Positions 60,073 through 64,000 of a DNA stretch of 64,000 nt are shown one piece after another (within the stretch, counting starts at the first letter, position 1; every line of letters starts with the position of its first letter). The position numbers and the translations under genes are program-made. The stretch comes from Mayamaea pseudoterrestris (lineage: Eukaryota): assembly GCA_027923505.1 (NCBI GenBank), contig BROI01000008.1, forward strand, positions 682,001-746,000. Reading direction: 5' to 3'. Below the pieces are notes generated by a model. It made no database searches. It saw nothing but the letters and a program-made list of their open reading frames with translations, and was not told where the DNA came from.

Positions 60073-61170
60073 TTATTTATGCCTTCTCTTATGATGCAAC
60101 GTTACATGCAAGTCTCGAATCGACTGTATGACTTCTCTTGTCACTGGTACCAATTTCGCTTCAGCTGTAGCAGCGCATGCGGTCGGCATGTCCGCGGGCT
60201 GAAGAGAAAACACATATGTGCATGCGTCATGAACGGGAAAGCTCCTGCGATCCAACGCCTTTCGTGGTATGTATGGGTGTAGAAGGCAACGATCAAGTAC
60301 AATGCGGCCTACATGATGGTATACATTGCCGTTGGCGTCCTCTAGCTCACGAGCCACATCTTCAATCCGCCATTGATTGAAAGGAGGCTATGTAAATATA
60401 CAAAGAAAACTGTCAGTGACAAGCAGGTTGCAACAAATGCAGGCCGAAGCTGCAGCACACGGCATGGTTCTTACCTTTGTCTTGTGGTTCATGTGGATTT
60501 GACAGCGAGGCGATGCAAAGCTAGCAGCACTTTTTAGAAACCTCCTGACAAGGTCCTTATTCAACTCCATTTCCTTGTTTTGACCATCTTGCCCTTTGCA
60601 AATTGCCGAGCACGGGAAATTCCAGATAATTCTATCAAACTTGACATTGCTATCGCTAGAAAGAGGTAGGGTGCTGGCAAGATTTGTCGCGTCAACTTGA
60701 AAGAAGATGGAAACTCCAAGACTCTCAAGTTCTTTCAGCGTCTTCTCAATGTGAGGATACACGGTCTCCACTGTTCTGCGACTTTCGTAACTGGTAGCCG
60801 TGAGCGTCACGCCAAGTCGAGCCAGCGCCAAGCTAAAGGAAAAGTCGCCGTCGCCAACCGTGAGTACCTTCAAACCAGGTCCGTATCCGAGAATTTCTGT
60901 ATAGGCGTCATAAGAGTTTCTATTCGATCTTGGACAAAGTTCCGGTCGTTGGTTGGGTACGATTCGGCAAAACTCCTCGTCCAAGGCAACGTCAAAGCAG
61001 CAAATCTTGTAAGCGCATGGAACGCATCGTTGCGACGAGGCACAATTCAACGTTCGATCCGACACCCATAGATTGCGGCAGTCTCGCGTCGGAAAACTTG
61101 CATTTTTGTTAGACGATGCCTTGTGCTCCAACCTAGCTCGCTTTGCTGTGCAATGCTGATGATCTGACAT
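60073..61170 (-). CDS. BMT5-like methyltransferase, duplicate copy
   Basis: Copy of 40073-41170. Confidence 0.83.
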
Positions 61171-61415
61171 GAGTATAATGCAACTCGTTTGGGTATTTAT
61201 GGTTGAGAACAAAGTCATGTCATGGTACAAGTTACAAGTAAGCGGTGGAGGGACGAGCACGCATCCCTATCGTACCGGTTTTAAAAATGTGTCGCTGTGC
61301 GACATCTTGCATGCACCGCGCCCGCGTCCAGCAGCCCGTGGCATGACCATTATCTCAGAAAACCACCATTTGCCTCCACGATTAATCGAATTAGATGTAA
61401 AAAAGCCTTGGACCC

Positions 61416-62885
61416 ATGCAGCACGAGATTCCATCGCAAGAATTTGCGCAATTGAAGAAAGATTCGATGTCTGAAGACGTGGAAGCGACAGGTACTAATG
61501 AAGATTTGCCAGTGAGCAGTAACGTCGACGAGCCACCACAAAAGAACGTCGCCAATGATAGAACAGAAAATGGTCGTCCTCCAGCGGAGTTTAAAATCGG
61601 TGAGGTGGTTTACGCGGCTGATGAAAACGATTTGATTTACGAGGCGACGATTCGTCGCAAACTCTACGGAGTCAACTACCAGAAAAAAGTGGTTGCCGGC
61701 ATGGTAACATCAGTCGAGGAAGCTAACGCGCTTCTGGCTCAACAAGAACTTCCGGTATGGCATTACTTTGTGCATTACCATGGCTGGAGCGTCAAATGGG
61801 ATCGGTGGACTTCAGCTTCTAAAATTTTTGTTCATTCAGATGCGTCCAAGGCGCTTGCTAAACGGCTGCAGGAGGAATATCGCAAGGTTAGGGATGAGCT
61901 TTCTGGTTTAGCCAAAGGAAAGAGACCACGAAAAGTGACTGCAGAGGAACTTTTGCCAGTGTGGAAGTCATCGATGTTAAAGATATACAGGGCCTTTGAG
62001 CTGCGCCAAAATCAGACGGAAGAGGAGCAAGCGGAAGCAGCGAACGATGGCATTGCCATACCCAATGTAGTTACTGCGCCACACATAGAGCTTCCCGTTT
62101 TCACCAACAATACCAATCAGTGTAAAGGAGAAGATATCCGCGATGCTGCGCTGCATACTGAACTGGCATTTCGGAAGAAAGGCCTCACGAGCTTGCACAT
62201 TTACGGCGCCTTCATACCTCTTCCAGTTACGCTTAAGCGAATTCTTGTCGACGCATGGGAAAATATCACCCAGTGCAGCTCAGTTCCAATTCTTCCAGCG
62301 AAAGTTAGCGTCAAAGATGCTCTAAACCTTTACATACAACGCAAGGGAGTTGAGCTCGAGTGCGCCACAGTTGATGCTGAGCTAAATGACGCGAACGCGT
62401 CCGCTTCCGCTGCTAGCCTTCACGATATAAATGCGAACAAGCAGCAATGGATTGACATGATAGATGGCATTTGCCAGTATTTTGACGAGACACTTCCTTG
62501 TCACCTCTTGTATGCGGAGGAATTGGCCCAACTTCACACCATGTGCGCGGACGATGAAACAAACATCGAATCCTATTCGGAAATTTACGGGTGTGAACAT
62601 TTACTTCGACTGTTGACGAGGTTGCCGGCGCTACTCCTCGACAATGCCGCCGAGCAGGAGCTGCGTCCGATCCTTGCCAAGGTGAATGACTTTGTTCGCT
62701 TCATGCACAAGAGTGATTCGCTGTGGGCGTTGAGCTACCGACCATTAAATGACGCGGAGCTTGGTGAGAAGATAAAGTTGGAAAAGATGAAAGATACAAA
62801 AAGAAAGCGCGATACCAAGTCTGATGCTATGGGAGATTTTTCTTCTGAAATGGGAGGCAAGCGACAGATGACTGTGCCGGATTAG
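61416..62885 (+). CDS. EAF3: MRG15/Eaf3 protein, duplicate copy
   Basis: Copy of 41416-42885. Confidence 0.83.
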   Translation: MQHEIPSQEFAQLKKDSMSEDVEATGTNEDLPVSSNVDEPPQKNVANDRTENGRPPAEFKIGEVVYAADENDLIYEATIRRKLYGVNYQKKVVAGMVTSVEEANALLAQQELPVWHYFVHYHGWSVKWDRWTSASKIFVHSDASKALAKRLQEEYRKVRDELSGLAKGKRPRKVTAEELLPVWKSSMLKIYRAFELRQNQTEEEQAEAANDGIAIPNVVTAPHIELPVFTNNTNQCKGEDIRDAALHTELAFRKKGLTSLHIYGAFIPLPVTLKRILVDAWENITQCSSVPILPAKVSVKDALNLYIQRKGVELECATVDAELNDANASASAASLHDINANKQQWIDMIDGICQYFDETLPCHLLYAEELAQLHTMCADDETNIESYSEIYGCEHLLRLLTRLPALLLDNAAEQELRPILAKVNDFVRFMHKSDSLWALSYRPLNDAELGEKIKLEKMKDTKRKRDTKSDAMGDFSSEMGGKRQMTVPD

Positions 62886-63204
62886 ACACACCTCCTGTTT
62901 GATCTGTGCTTCCACTAATCTGGTATCAGGTCGGTGCCATATAAAAGTGTAGTCTATTACAATCTTCTGCTGGTATGTACAGAGTTTGAATTATTTACCG
63001 CACATAACTTACATCGTCTATGTACTGGGACGATGGGAAAAGGTGTGTCGCGGCAGGTCGTTCTTATCCCGTTGTGACACTTTCGGCATCTTCCTCGACG
63101 AAGACGCTCTTCATTTTCACGAAGTAACTTCATTACACGCTGTTTTTAATCCGATTGCTGTAAGGAACTAACTGTTGAATTGGGGTGAACTTTAAAAGGG
63201 AATC

Positions 63205-63963
63205 ATGGCATATGAAAAACGATGGAACGCTCATTCGTTGATCGCCAGCCAGATCTTTCTGTCAGGCATTTTCGCGCTGCTTCGGTTATGTCACACAGCC
63301 GCACATGGACCAGTTCCCATTGACCTAGGAACAACTTTGATTGCACTCAAATACAAAGATGGTGTCGTTGTCGCCGCTGACACTCGAACTTCCATGTCAA
63401 GCTACGTGAGTCACCGATCGGCCGACAAGATTGTTCCAGTCTCCTCGCATTGTCTTGTTGCTCGGTCAGGCAGTGCGGCTGACACACAGATGTTGGCGCA
63501 CGTTACAACGCAACATATTCTAGAACGCTTTTATAAACATGGAATGGTTTCTACAGTTTCGCAAAGTGCAAGGCTGATGGAAAATCTGGTGGGGTCGTCC
63601 TCGAACGAGTTGGGTGTGAGTTTACTAATCGCTGGCTACGACAAGGAGAGCTGTGCTAGTAAAATTTACAGCTTAGCAGCCAGTGGAGCGCTGTTGGAAG
63701 AAGGAACTTTTGCTATTGCAGGCTCTGGGTCGTCTTTTATCTCGGGATACATGGATACGCATGCCGTCGGAGGCTCAGAAATCTTGGACGAAGCGGCAGC
63801 GATTCGAGTATGTCAACACGCGATGCAGCTGGCCATGACGCGAGATGCTTCCTCGGGAGGCTTTATTCGCATCTTCGTATGTAATGATAAGGGATGTCGG
63901 CAGGAAACCAATCGTCCCGCGTCATTGCAAGTTGATGCAGGTGCAGATCGCAGAGTTTCATGA
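63205..63963 (+). CDS. PSMB6: Proteasome beta-1-type subunit, duplicate copy
   Basis: Copy of 43205-43963. Confidence 0.83.
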   Translation: MAYEKRWNAHSLIASQIFLSGIFALLRLCHTAAHGPVPIDLGTTLIALKYKDGVVVAADTRTSMSSYVSHRSADKIVPVSSHCLVARSGSAADTQMLAHVTTQHILERFYKHGMVSTVSQSARLMENLVGSSSNELGVSLLIAGYDKESCASKIYSLAASGALLEEGTFAIAGSGSSFISGYMDTHAVGGSEILDEAAAIRVCQHAMQLAMTRDASSGGFIRIFVCNDKGCRQETNRPASLQVDAGADRRVS

Positions 63964-64000
63964 CGGCTGGATTAGTTTTGATCAAGCACAAAAGAATAGC

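Larger units (their letters stand above)
49959..64000 (+). repeat. Unit 2 of the tandem duplication (copy of 29959-44000, running off the window end)
   Basis: Direct identity at offset 20000. One difference noticed: A35377 versus T55377. Confidence 0.98.

Overview
Gene-dense, intron-poor eukaryotic nuclear DNA, most consistent with a diatom or other stramenopile with a complex plastid. The evidence is short GT-AG introns of about 70-230 nt, ASAF-type bipartite presequences, and HA-repeat, HSF and BTB families. Positions 1-49958 hold about 28 protein genes. The dominant structural feature is a head-to-tail tandem duplication with a period of exactly 20,000 bp: 49959-64000 copies 29959-44000, with one synonymous substitution noticed by eye. 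The junction cuts a CABIN1-like gene (5' part missing) and the second PUS3 copy (start and promoter missing). The round period makes an assembly or data-processing origin as likely as a real recent duplication. Other notable items are an intron-containing larB (nickel-pincer cofactor) homolog, a METTL13/Efm4-like methyltransferase fused to an eEF1B GEF domain, two probable periplastid-targeted proteins (Hsp70-EEVD and proteasome beta), an FKBP-TPR-cyclophilin, a GCL with a ~200 aa insertion, a frameshifted LRR gene, and bZIP-site arrays in divergent promoters. No RNA genes, CRISPR arrays or transposons were recognised. All calls are by eye, without database searches.
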